Below the pieces are notes generated by a model. That model was not told where the DNA came from, made no database searches, and worked only from the letters and a program-made list of their open reading frames with translations. This document shows positions 35,387-47,532 of a stretch of DNA of 47,532 nt, piece after piece. Origin of the DNA: Bigelowiella natans CCMP2755. Its lineage: Eukaryota; Protista; Cercozoa. The stretch spans positions 1 through 47,532 of the forward strand of contig ADNK01000863.1 of NCBI GenBank assembly GCA_000320545.1, read 5' to 3'. The position numbers and the translations under genes were made by a program. Every line of letters begins with the position of its first letter. The stretch's first letter is position 1.

Positions 35387-37568
35387 GCAGGCTTGTGTTC
35401 TCTTTTGCTCTACCCGCGCAGGGTGCCTCGGAACGAATATTACAGGTGACCGTTGCTTCTTTTTCTTGTTGTTGTGTGTTTGTGTGTGTGTGTGTGTGCG
35501 TGTGTGTGTTAGCATTGGCTTGTTAGTGTGCGAAATATATTTCTTCCAACTTAATAATGTATTCTTTTATATAATGTCTTCTTCTTCTTATTCTTCCAAC
35601 AACATCATCAGGAGCGAATCACGTGCTTCTCTTTGACGTTTCATGGAATCCTTCACAGGACATACAGGTTGATCGTTGCTGCTTCGTCACTGACATGGAT
35701 ATGATCGTGATGATGATGATAATGATGGTAGGGAGGGGTAGGAGGAGGAAAGGGGAGAAAATGGTGATGAGTACCTCTCCACCCCTCATCATCAATGTTA
35801 CCATTGCGTTGTAATAGCTAATATTGTCTTGATCATTGTTATGATATTTCTTCGTCATTTCATTTTTCTTCTTCTTCTTCTTCTTCTTCTTCTTCTTCTG
35901 CCTCATCCCAGGCGCTCCACAGAGCTTACCGCATCGGCCAGACCAAGACGGTGTACGTGTACAGGTGCGTGATAAATGGGGGAGGGGGGGAGAAACACTG
36001 ATGATGTTTTTTAATGAAGATGGCATCAAACTTCTGTTCGATGTTTGCCTGTTGTTGTTGGCGGTGTTATCCTTGATGATTCACTAGCAATAAAGTAAAC
36101 ACTCTCTCGGTCATCGCTAAATGGCCGATGTGCCTCTTCTCACCTTCCTTCCTCCCTCCCCCCCCCCCTCCCTTGTTGCTAGGCTCGTGAGCACGTGCAG
36201 CTTGGAGGAAATGGTGTACCGAATGCAAATTGAGAAGAGAAGATTAGCTGATTGCGTGATAGATGGAACTCGAAATCTCTCCGGTAGTGCATATCTCCTT
36301 CTTCTTCTACCCCTCCTCCTTCTTCTTCTTCTTCTTCTTCTTCTTCTTCTTCAAGCTTAGCATCTCTGTAGAGCTAATTAGAACTGTTTCACATAATCGT
36401 CATCAACTCTCATCACCATAAACTACAATAACCCACCACTATGTTGCTTGATTACGCACTGTTTGCCTGCCCTGATACTGATATAAACGCCGTCGCTCTT
36501 ATACCAACCACTTAGATGAAGGGAACAGCTTGAGCTCGGTATCATGCATGATAGTAGATGAAAGCCGCTAGATTCTATCACAATTCAATTGTCAATACAA
36601 CTCGATAATGTCCCTATTTCTTCTCCGAATCTTGGAACCATCATTCTTCGGCCTTCTTCTTCTTCTTCTTCTTCTTCTTCTTCTACCGCAGATATCGCTC
36701 AAGACCCTTCTTCAAAATAGCCTGGAAGAGGAGGATCGTCTTCTGAACGACCGACAAAATCATAGCGGACGGCGCTCGATCACCGCCCAAGAGGAGCGGC
36801 AAAGGAGGAATGTCAGAGAGGCATTCTTCACCAGATTCTCTCATCATTCAAGGCGAATACTCCAGAGGCAATACACTATTGTTCTCACAACTACATAAGC
36901 TTCTTCAGCAACGTTTGCTGGCGTGTTGTTGTTGTTGTTGTTGTTGTTCTTCTTCTTCTTCTTCTTCTTCTTCTACTTCTTCTTCCGCTGATTTAGATGG
37001 ATCGATGGCATCGAAGATTCTAGCCCACAACCAACCGAAAGTCAGACCACGGGAACCGGCATTGCGAAGAATGCACTCACGCTCACGGAGCAGCTCAGTG
37101 CGAAGCAAAGGTACATAAGAAAGTTTTGATGGACTTTGCTTTGAGTCTCCTTGTCGAACCCAATCTCTGCTATTCTACGTGCTAATCTGTGAAGGTACCT
37201 CAAGGAGAGATTTAAACTCTCGCGCAGCACCAAGAAATATCGTAAGAACCGAAGCAAAGGGAGGAGGAAGCGGTACAGCATAGAACAGCAAAAACTAAAC
37301 AACACATAATATCAACAATTTGCACCTTTGTTTTAACGATCTGTTCTTGACAATTCTGAAAGAGGGCTTATCAGGAAAGGAACAAAGCAACACAGCAGCT
37401 CAATGAAAAACAGGCGCGTGATTAGGCGCAGTGGTCTTGCAGAAGTTTTGGCTACCACGCTTGAGGAACATCATCGAGAAAACGCCCAATAATGCTCCTC
37501 CGTGTGCTCTTAATTTCGCCGCTGATCTTACGTTCATCACAATCTCTTGCTTCCGCTACCTGCCGTAG
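30866..37568 (+). CDS. SNF2-family ATPase, Rad54-like group (ATRX/ARIP4-like), multi-exon
   Basis: LRPHQQEG|VSFLWDNC…GCILSHVCGLGK|TAQ (motif I), ALIVVPINTAANWRRECDRW (Ia), LLILDEAHTL (II), VLLTGTPLQNRLDEYY (III), GKL…GEKIIIFSQ (IV), STRAGCLGTNIT|GANHVLLFDVSWNPSQDIQ (V), ALHRAYRIGQTKTVYVYR|LVSTCSLEEMVYRMQIEK (VI). The 3' end is uncertain (stop between ~36900 and 37568). Confidence 0.92.
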
Positions 37569-38230
37569 CCCCAGCAAACGTACAAATCATCACATTGAGC
37601 CATGGCACCTCATGTTACGTCCATAAATAATGCTACAATGAGCGCAGAATGCATCTTCTGCTGTCATTATATAGATGAAATTCAACATTGGTTGGTTTGT
37701 ACAATTTTTTGCCCTACAGCTGTATGCACGCTACATGATAATAGTTATATCGCTTGTCGCTGCAGTTTCTTGCATGGAGACATATATGGGATGGACTTTG
37801 CTCCTGCGCGCGCCCACACACTCTTTGAAAGTTGACAGTAACGCTTGATGCTGTCAATGCTACACGTGTATTCGATAATAATACATCTTATACGTATTTT
37901 AGTTCTAAGAAACCCCCCTTGCTCCAAATTCGCCTGCCGGCTAGCCGGGGCGATATTATATTAGCCCAAGCACTAGAAGCACCAAATCATGGCGAGCAAA
38001 GTACGCATGCTAGCATGCTGCGATCATCAATGAGCATGCGTGAGCTGCTTGCTAAAATTAATCTTTAAGCATGTTCGCATATGTAGAGAACTGATGATGG
38101 ACGTATTAGAATAAAATCACATTGATACACACCGAAAGGATATTTAACGTGATTATGCATGTGAGGCGCACACTGCTCTCACGTCCAACAGGAGTATCTT
38201 CATTGCTATTACTTGGTTTTGCTTCTTACT

Positions 38231-38318
38231 TCAATAAGGAATTGCCTTTAGAATTGAGTCCGTCAAGACCTGTTGGACAACCTAACAAAGTATGTTGTAA
38301 ACACGCAAACCCCGGGTG

Positions 38319-38358
<40 letters not shown>

Positions 38359-38893
38359 GTGCGAAAATGTGGATTCATGTATATTCTCGTGACAGGAAGC
38401 ATAAACACACACCTTTAAGGAGGCGAGACGATTTTGTAGACGAAGAAAAAGTCCTCTCGATTGTTTTCGGAGGTCCTAAATGAGAAGGGGCAATTGCTTT
38501 TAATTATTATCTCCACCGCTCACTTCGTCGCATTCTTCTTCTACGTGGCTGTGCTTCTTAGTGGTGGTGTGTGAAGGGACCGCTGCCTCGAAGAGATAGT
38601 TGTTGTACCAGTACAAGGAATGGCGCACCGCCGACCAAGATACCTGCGTAAAACAGTCGAGGAGGCCACACACCATCATCCATCGGTACTATTGAGAGAG
38701 GGAGATAATTGTTAAAAAACGTTCTTTCTTCCTTCTATAAGCTGCAATATGCCTATTAAGTTAGACTGACCTTCGCGACACCCGTTTGATGGATCCATAA
38801 GTTCCGCCCGTAGACCGCAATGAACCTCACAAACAAAGCAGCATGCGTGTATGTTTGCGTGTGTGCGTGTGTATGTATGTGTGTGTGTGTGTA

Positions 38894-38943
<50 letters not shown>

Positions 38944-39714
38944 CAGGATGATGATGATGATACAAAGATCAGTCTACCCTAACTCCTCATTGAGCATAGC
39001 CTTAACGGCATGCAGCGCCGCTTCCTCCTGAGCTTTCCCTAGTGACATCGCTGCTAAGGATGACGACGGTGATGATACGGAATAAGTTTGCGGTGTGCCC
39101 TCCCATCCTACTCCATCGGAGGGTTGGTGGGTCTTTGAGGCTCGTTTGCTGCGCTTTGGCAAGGGGACTTCGATGGGGCAGTAGAATGGCGAAGAGAACA
39201 TATCCGAGCTCTCAGCTGTTTGGTAACGATGGGACAAAGATGAGAGAAAGAGGAAGAAGAAGAAGAAGAAGAAGAAGAATAGGAAATAATGAGGAGGAAT
39301 AATAATCATCTGAAAGAGAGGCAGCAATGTTCTGATAGTAGCTGAAAGATATGATGCCTACCTTGGAATTCGACAGGAACGCTCACGAGACGTAAACCAC
39401 ACCTGCGGGAGAGAGAGAGAGCGTGCGAGTGATGAAGCGACATCGATATGTGTTTCATGTTTATAGTTTGAGATGGCCCCCATGTAATAGTACACCGCAT
39501 GGTAGTATGGTAGTACCTCTTCGCTCTCCTTCGTGATGAGATGATGAATTCACGTAGCCTAGCGCCCTTTTCATAGTATATGTGTGTGTGTGTGTGTGTG
39601 CGTGTTTGTGCGTGAAAGAGGAAGAGAAGAGGATAGATTCCATCAAATACATGCACGACACATTGATCTACTCTACAAAAGACAAACGCTGCAACCACCG
39701 AACAACAACATCAT

Positions 39715-39745
<31 letters not shown>

Positions 39746-42700
39746 AGCATCGCTCTCACATGCCACTTACCGAGAGCACAAGCCAACGAAAGGTAAGGCA
39801 GAAGGCCATCTGTGGGTGGTACACTGTATCGAATTCTAGCAGAAACCACTCTGGCCGCTTGAGGGTTCCCCATTTCCACTCGACGCCTCCCTTGTTCTCT
39901 CCTCCTCTCATTGCCTGAGCAAGGAGTCCCTCAGCATTGCTAGTAGCAGTTTGCGAGGAATGGAGATGGCTATTGCCTCTCCTTCCTGCTGTTGACTTCT
40001 TCTTATCAGAGCTCTTTTCATCGCCTGACAAAGGGAGGAGGGAGAGGACGACGATGATATAAAGCTTCTTCCTCCTGCATGGAAACCAAATACCGTAGTA
40101 GTAGGTAGCAGCACCACGAAACATACCTGGTCTTTCTCCTAGAAATATCTTGATGGTTTTCCTGGTCACTGACACTTCCTCCCGCCTCCTTTTATGATCC
40201 TCACCATCTGCATCGTCCTTATTGCTGTCCCCGCTGCCGCCCCCCACGTCGGCACCACCGCCATCGAGAATTCGAATTCCTAGCTCAGAGAATTTTTTAC
40301 CTGTTCCAAAATCGTAGCAGCGTTCATCAAGTGCATTGAGGCGGAAGAAGAAGAAGAAGAAGATGAAGAAGAAGAAGCGAGAGAGGGAGGATGAGGTTGT
40401 GATTGTATGGCAGTTGAGGTGAGATATTGTGAAAAAAAAGCTGTTCGATACGAAATTAACGACTTATTAGCGATGTTGTTTATCGTTGCGACAACAACCT
40501 CACAACCATACCACCAACACCACCACCACCCCACTCATACTAGTGCCTGCTTCCTACCTGTCACATGCTCAATCCATGATTTGAATGCTGCACTGCTTTT
40601 GGCAGCAGCAGCAGCAGCAGCATTCGTATTCGCGTTCGTCGTGGAGGCATTCATCGTACTTTCCTTCTTGGAAGAAGAGTAATAAGACAAAGGCTCGGAT
40701 GCGTGCCGCACCAACCTTGGAGATGATGAGGCTTGAAAGCCCAAATCTGGAAGAATCAAGGAGAAAAGGAGGAATCGAGAACAATGACAGTCAAACATCA
40801 GAGGGAAGCATGCGAATTGCCTCTATTCTTTCGTACTAAATTGGTGAAGATATAATAGGCGGCAAATGGGACACACACGTTTCTCTTCCTTCTCATCATA
40901 TCCATCATTTGTATATCATCTCTTGTTCTTGATATGAGGAGAATAGTTATTTTAAATTGTTGTTTTCATTCATCGGTGTTGTGCGCCGATGAAGGCGATG
41001 ATGATTTAACTGGAAGAAGAAGAAGTAGAAGAAGTAGCAGCAGAAGATGAGGGAGCCATTGATGCTTGGCGTCTCATCAAGGGTGGCACTGCCCGTCGGC
41101 GTTGTAGTCCTGGAAATTCTGCCCGGGGAGGGGGCAGCAGCACAATGGCCAGCTCTTTGGCCTATTTAGTTGATGAGGAAAACGGGCAGAATGGAAGAGA
41201 TGATGACGTAATAGGAAGAGGAGAAACTGTGCCATCGAAACCAAGATCTACGAATGCGATTCATCCATTTTTTGACTTATTTTTTGTTGGAAAACCGCCG
41301 CGGCCAAAGCAATAATCTTGGATAATTTTTTGACATAATTATGGTGCAAGTACCACCAGAGAGCCCTTCCCCTCTCCCTACTACCTTCGAGTTCTGCTTG
41401 AAGTTATTCATATAGCCCGCGATGACCTGATCTGTATGGTTCCAATTGTAGTCTACCGTTGGATATTATGAGAGAAGGAGCAGGAGGAGGAGGAAGTAGA
41501 AGAAGAAGAAGAATAGCGGCACGGGGGGAAGAACAAATCAAGTGAATGAGTCAGTTGGTCAAGGAAATACTGAAACAGGAGGGAGAAATAGAGAACACGT
41601 TTAGATGTTTAATGGATACTTGCATAAGTCAGAAGAGAAGACAACGAAGAATCATACAACGAATAGTTCATCACCCCACCCCTTCCTCTCTCTCTCTCCC
41701 TCCCTCCCCTTTAATATCACCCTCGTGCGTAGCTTTGATCTGCAGCCCCCTGAGCATGTACTTTTGGAGCAGTTCCGACCAGATCATACACCGATACGGA
41801 ATTACAACGCTGCCCTGCAATGAAGCGAGGATGCGGATGATGATGATGATATGATGCTGCTCACTACTTCCTTTTAGCAGCTTCTATCACACCAACCACT
41901 ACTATTACTATTACTACTGTTGCCTGTTACTTCTGGTATTTACTATTATTGCCCCCTGAGTATTACCTTTGCCACGTTCTTCTTCTGAGCGCGCGATCTT
42001 GGAACAAAACTGCGGCATATTTGTAGGAAATAAAAAGAGTTTAGGGCTAGAGATGTCGGTATGAACGTTAATGATGTGACGACAGCGACGATGATGGGAG
42101 CAAAGAAAGAGAGCAACAACGATGGTGCGACTGACGGGTAAAGCGTAAGATGGCTTGATGCCGATTGTTCTTTGATGAAACGTTTCACAGCTCAGTAATA
42201 AATCATTCCTCCTCCTCCTCCTCCTCCTCCTCCTCCTCCTCCTCAAAAGCCTCTCGTTTTCCATTCTTATATGAAGACTATTCTTCTTCTTCTTCTTCTT
42301 CTCGATAATAGTAGTGTATACGTGTGTATGTGTGAGGGGGAGGTAAAACGCACCGTTTAATGCTTACGCTGTCCTTTTCGCGGTCGTATCGAATTTCCTA
42401 ATTGCAACACAAATCGTCGATGATACATACACATCGTATCCACGTGATATCAGCATGCAGCAGTTAAAGTAGTAGCGGAATGAAAGCTGCCCACACGCAT
42501 TGTCTACTATCGCTGTCGCCCTTAACGAATCATCAACAACAACAACGCAGACATCGAGCGGGGTGGGATTTCTTCTTGGGAGAAGCAGCTCTTATCTCAT
42601 ACATCTGCTCTTATCTTATCGTCAGCCATAGCAGCAGCTGCACCTGATACTCGCATCGGAACGAGAACTTGAAAACGAGCTCGTTGTCTCGACGACGCTG

Positions 42701-44321
42701 ACCCAGCATCCGTCGTCGGCCGTGCGACGACAGCATCATCATGTCGTCGCCATCAACACTGCCGCTGCTGTTTGCACTGCGGAAAAGACTGGTACTACTA
42801 CCACTCTTCTTCTTCCTCTCGAAACCTGCACTTATGCTGCCTTCGCGAAACCTGCGCGTAGCCGACAGCCGATGATGGTGGTGGTGGTGGAGACTGTGAT
42901 GATGAAAATGGCTGCTGCTGCTGATGCTGCCGCTTTTATCGCCATTGCCAAACAAGTTCTTCTTGATTGCTGTAGGATTATTACCACACACAAACGTACG
43001 CACATATCAAATTATAATGATGCAGACAGATGACCTATTACTGGTTATTTTGGGGGGGATTGTGATAGATAGTCGTCCTTATCATCCCCTGGAAAGGTTC
43101 TCTGGTGATTGCTGTGTGCCGTCAGCATCATTGATGATCCCTCCATTCTCCCACCCCCTCTTTCCTTTTCAACGTAATCGACGACAATATACAGATATAA
43201 GGTGTTATTCTTACGTCTTCGTGGTGTGAGGCGGGGTGATGAGTTGTAGAAATCCGATGATAGTCCTCCTCCCCCTCCTCCACCCCCCACTCCTCCCTCG
43301 CCTGGGGGGGCGGGCAGCGGCATAGTGTTTGTCCTGAGGCTGTTGGCATTGCTGCTATTATTATTATCGAAGTCGTTCCGAACTATTGCAAGCTGGTATT
43401 CCTGGTTGTAGCGCTGGCACATCAGTTCAGCGAGCAACTCCTACGCTCAGTCACGCGGGGGGAGGGGGGGGGCATGTTGAGAAGCAACAGCAACAAGTCA
43501 AATAATGATGATGATTATGACGACGATGATGTACGATACGGGTATTAGAGTTTTCCCTTTACCCCCCCTTCTCTTGACACCCTCCTCTCCCCCCCCCTCA
43601 ATCACTACCATCGAATTGTCGTTGTAGTCGTTGTCGCCCGGCACGAGGGATACGGTGTGTGGATATTCGAGAAATTTCTTCGAAATCTCTCGTGCGGAGG
43701 GGAAATAAGCGGTCGTAATGGGGAGAGTTCCAGGGACGATAAGTGATCTGCAGTGTAATTTCATTGAAATCCTCAATATGATGCTGGCCAAATTAATGCA
43801 CTTATAATGCACTTATAATGTTCTGTTTCACACACGCACACACGCGCACACATGTTCGGTTTTGGCAACGTGGATCAGGAGCCCGTCATCGGTTGTTATT
43901 GAATTACTTCACATTGCGAAATCTCTCTCTCGCGCCTCACCCCCCCCCCCCCCCCCTCTCTCTCCCTCTCTTTCTACCTCCAGTTGGGAGCGGATCCATA
44001 GAGGTCAGGTAGGGCTGGCAGGTAGAGATGTCCCCATCGAAGCTGCCGGGCCTTTGAGTAGCGATTTAGCGCCTGGTAGTGGCAGCAGACAGTAGTAAAC
44101 ATTCAAACAACAACAACAGCAAGCACACCAAAATCAACTAATGAGTAACTCTCCAGAACTCACTCAAGTGTTGTTGTTCTCGCAGCAAACGGTAATATTC
44201 TTCTTCTTCTTCTTCTACATCATCATCATCCTCATCCTCATCATCATCATCGTTTCAGTTCGTACTCATCTTCAGTGCTAATGATGGTGAGGAGTGAAAT
44301 AGAACACAATGGCTGTATCAT

Positions 44322-44353
<32 letters not shown>

Positions 44354-44514
44354 GCAGAAATGTTATTATTACTTGTATCTCTTTCTGCGGATTTTCCTCC
44401 GGACCGAAAAGGACGTTACCCCCTCCCCCTCCTCCTCCTTGCTGCTGCTCTTCAATTTCCTGCAAGGGTCCAGCCAGATCTGCTCCAAGGATGGATCATC
44501 ACCATCATCATTAT

Positions 44515-44600
<86 letters not shown>

Positions 44601-45175
44601 ATCCGCACACATATTGATATAAAGGGCTCATACCTGAAATAGGTGGCGTTGGTGCTGCTTTCTCTGCTTGTGCTACTGCTGCTGCTGCTGGCGGTGGTGA
44701 GATCACTGTTGGCCCTCCTCCTCCTCCTCCTCCTCCTACTGCCAATCCCCCTCCCCCCCCGCTACTGCCGCTGCTAGTAACAGTTGGTCCAAAGATTCCA
44801 TATCCAGAGCCAGTAATCTCGGATGACAGAAGATGCTGCTGCTGCTTCTTCCGCTGTTGGAGAATGTTGGTGTAGGAGAAAGAACGTGAAAAACGCGGCG
44901 GCGCCAGCGCTTCGCTAATGCCCGGTTTGAGAAGGCCTCCCTTGGATGATGATGACACCACTCGCCTCAATGTTGAAGAGGGGGTTGAGGTGATGTCACC
45001 GCGTGGAATGCTATTTGCCATAATTGCACAAATATATTAGCAGCAGTAGAAAAGGAGGAGGAGGAGGACGACGACGACGAAGGGTTAAGGTGATCTAGAG
45101 AGGACAGATGCGGCACATGTGAGTGTGTAATATAAGGAAATATGTGAAGAAATGAGTGTGCAAATATAATATATC

Positions 45176-45222
<47 letters not shown>

Positions 45223-47532
45223 TATTGATAGCGAGGTCGTTGAAGTTGTTCTTCTTCTACTGTTGCCTACTTAGTGATTTGAATACTTAAACCCAATAAT
45301 TACTACTACTGTCACTCCCTATTTCTGTTAAAATATGACACACATTACCCTGCAGCTGCTGAAAGCTGGTGAGAGGTCCCCATTTTCTGAAGGAAGAAGC
45401 ACCATGCAAAACCACGATTCAGACAAATTGCGAAGACTCAACACGATATATAGATTCTCACGTAACGATACATTCCAACAACAGTTGTGCTGCCTCTCAT
45501 CTTTCACCGACTGTGTTAATGCATAGACCGTATTCTCTCATCATACGCATGCTGCTGCTGCTTCTGCTGCTACTGCTAAATGGCAATCACTGCCCAACTA
45601 GAGCACTCACGTTGAGGATATGAGAGCTCGAAGATGACTTCAATCCCAGCCCTGTCGGTAAGTAGGCAGTTAGTAATTAAGTAAGTAGAAAAGACAAACG
45701 GATAAGCACAACAGGATCTTCTGTGCGGATAATTGAAAACACCATCACCTTCTGATGCTGCTGCTGCAGCAGAGGTTCCCTCAGCCCTGCTGCTTGGGCC
45801 TGCTGCTGGATTTCGCACGAGATTAAACGAGTCGGTACAATAAAGAAAAGAAGACTATACAGGTTTGGACAATATGTATCTATGCTTCCTATTGTGTAGG
45901 GGAGAGGTGGTTGGAACGGCTCTTATGCTGTTACTGCTACTACTACTACTACTACTACTACTACGTTACTACCCTTTTCATCGGTTGTGCGATATGACTC
46001 AACAACAAAAGCGGCAGCCGATTTCCCATCACCTGATTATTTTCCAACAACAACAACAACAACAACATCGACAACGAAGTTACGCTTGGCACCCACCCCC
46101 TCGTCGCAGCAATAACAGGGCGTAGTTAGTCATGGCATGGTGTAGCAGAAGAGGCCCACCACACAATTCATCATCGAGGAATAAGTTAAGCACAACTCTA
46201 ATCCCATTTATTACGGCAGAAGAAATACAGACACAAAAATCTCAACATCATCCCAGTCATCATTATCACCACCTAATTCACGAATTCTGTAGACTTTCAG
46301 GCGGCGTTTCTTGGGGTGTTTGACCGAGCGCTTGCCCATGTACATCATTGAATATCCGGGGGGTGAAGATAAGGAGACGGGGGAGGGTAGAGGTAGAGTG
46401 GGAGCCAGAAGGCACGAGAGGGGCAGCTTGCGACTCATAGGTTTCTCCTCGATAGTTAGCGAAGGACACTAGGGTAAATGATGATGATGATGATGATGAT
46501 AATGTACACGTTGTCATAGAGATTGGTGATGGTTGGTAGTACGAGCTATTTACTACCTGGGGCCGAATTGTAGACGACGACAACAATGCTGGCTCAACTC
46601 CTCCTTCCTCTATATGATGGTGGGGATGATGATGATGATGATGATGATGATGGTAGTGTGGCGTTGCCGATAATGGGTCGAAACCTGGGTTATTTCGAAG
46701 TTAATGCAAAAAGGGAGGAGGAGGAGGAGGAGGAGAGGGGGGGGGGGGGGGGCATGAGGCAGACAGAAAGCGTGTGCCAAAAAATGAAGACGATAATGGA
46801 GATGACATATTTTCACCATTGAAGCAATACCCGATTTGGCCTGATCTCCTCCTTCTACTCCTCCTCCTTCTCCTCCTCTCCCCGCCCTTGTAGCCGTCAT
46901 TATTGTGGGTGTGTCGTCGCGTAGCTCTTTCCATCGCGATGGCCTTCATTCAAGGAAAAGAATGTTTATGCTGGTGTGCGATAGTGGGATGATGATGATG
47001 ATGATGATAATGATGATGATGATAATGGGGGATAACGTACGATGCAGATGATGATGGAAAAAGGATGACAAAAAACATCTTACTTCATGTAATCGCTCTT
47101 GTTGTTGTTGTTGTTGTTGCAACGAAATCAAGAGAGGTGATATCGTCATCATATCTACAAGAGTCTATCCATCACCATGGCACTCTCGTTTTGATATATG
47201 ACTCTCTCATACCGTGGAGGGGGGGGCGTTGTGAATAGCTGTATGGGACGGGGACGCTGCAAACCCTCCTCGAAGGAGTTCGCCCCTCCTCCTCCTCCTC
47301 CTCCACCTCCACCTCCTCCTCCCTTGCCCCCATGACGCAGATGGTCATAAGCATCGGAACCTGAAAAGAGGAAGGAAGAGAGGAGGAGAAGGAGGAGGAG
47401 GAGGAGAGAAGGCCGTCGGACGAGAAAGCAAGGGAATAATGAGGAATTGATATTGAAATAGAATGCAACCAGAATAACGACCACAGCATGTGGCCATTTT
47501 GAGGGGGGGGGGGGGAGAGAAAGAAAAAAAAA
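38231..47532 (-). CDS. DEPDC5: DEPDC5 / Iml1 (GATOR1/SEACIT subunit, Rag GAP complex), 5'-partial, multi-exon
   Basis: Ordered motifs: SQRPPLH, LIFTPRI, APNW|RSLIVPGTLPITTAYFP (cf. DWKSLTTPACLPLTTDYFP), LLAELMCQRYNQEYQL (cf. EEFICQRLMQGYQI), VDYNWNHTDQVIAG (cf. YKWNYLDQ), RPEWFLLEFDTVYHPQMAFCLTFRWLVLS|GARLREFIISSRRRAKR|CGLRLVSVP (C-terminal domain), AMLNEELG|FIAVYGRNLWIHQTG, LYWYNNYL. The last exon ends …KAIPY* at 38231. Confidence 0.9.

Noticed and set aside
38480-38830. ARID/BRIGHT-like reading of GRNLWIHQ…RWMMVCG…YNNYLFE
   Set aside because: The motif spacing does not fit ARID. The same residues align better with the DEPDC5 C-terminal domain (YIHVTG, YNWAYNTML), in continuity with upstream DEPDC5 exons.
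43794-43820. 11-bp tandem duplication (AATGCACTTAT)x2 in a DEPDC5 intron
   Set aside because: A local slippage duplication. It is not at the splice acceptor I infer and has no evident function.
115-47489. Numerous ORF-track proteins with YIYIYI, CVCVCV, SLSLSL, HTHTHT, RERERE or poly-H/D/M runs
   Set aside because: These are translations of intronic microsatellites in stop-free frames and have no domain content.
1-47532. CRISPR arrays, rRNA/tRNA genes, telomeric repeats and intact transposons (RT, integrase, DDE transposase, TIR/LTR pairs)
   Set aside because: I saw no repeat-spacer structure, cloverleaf, conserved rRNA segment or recognisable transposase/RT motif. Small RNAs could be missed without covariance-model searches.

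Overview
Eukaryotic, intron-rich nuclear DNA, not prokaryotic: no CRISPR, rRNA, tRNA or intact transposon was recognised. Most ORF-track entries are artefacts of the (AT)n/(GT)n/(CT)n/(GAT)n microsatellites that fill the introns. Manual splicing (GT/GC-AG, phase-checked by eye) gives about 12 genes: VPS33 (+, 5'-partial); plastid fibrillin/PAP (-); sedolisin/TPP1-like S53 peptidase (+); N-acylated ankyrin protein (-); a weakly supported Cys/His-rich ORF (+); a ChAPs (exomer cargo-adaptor) homologue (-); glomulin/ALF4-like (+); a 2/2 truncated globin (-); mitochondrial bL19 (+); an unknown, possibly plastid-targeted protein (-); an ATRX/ARIP4-like SNF2 ATPase (+); and DEPDC5/Iml1 (-, 5'-partial). 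A signal-peptide-plus-transit-peptide leader on the fibrillin implies an alga with a secondary plastid; a chlorarachniophyte-like host is my inference only. The most striking window-level pattern is the strict +/- alternation of gene orientation. Divergent gaps are short and microsatellite-free, while convergent gaps are longer and rich in alternating purine-pyrimidine and palindromic words. All family assignments come from recalled motifs, not database searches, and exon boundaries are approximate.
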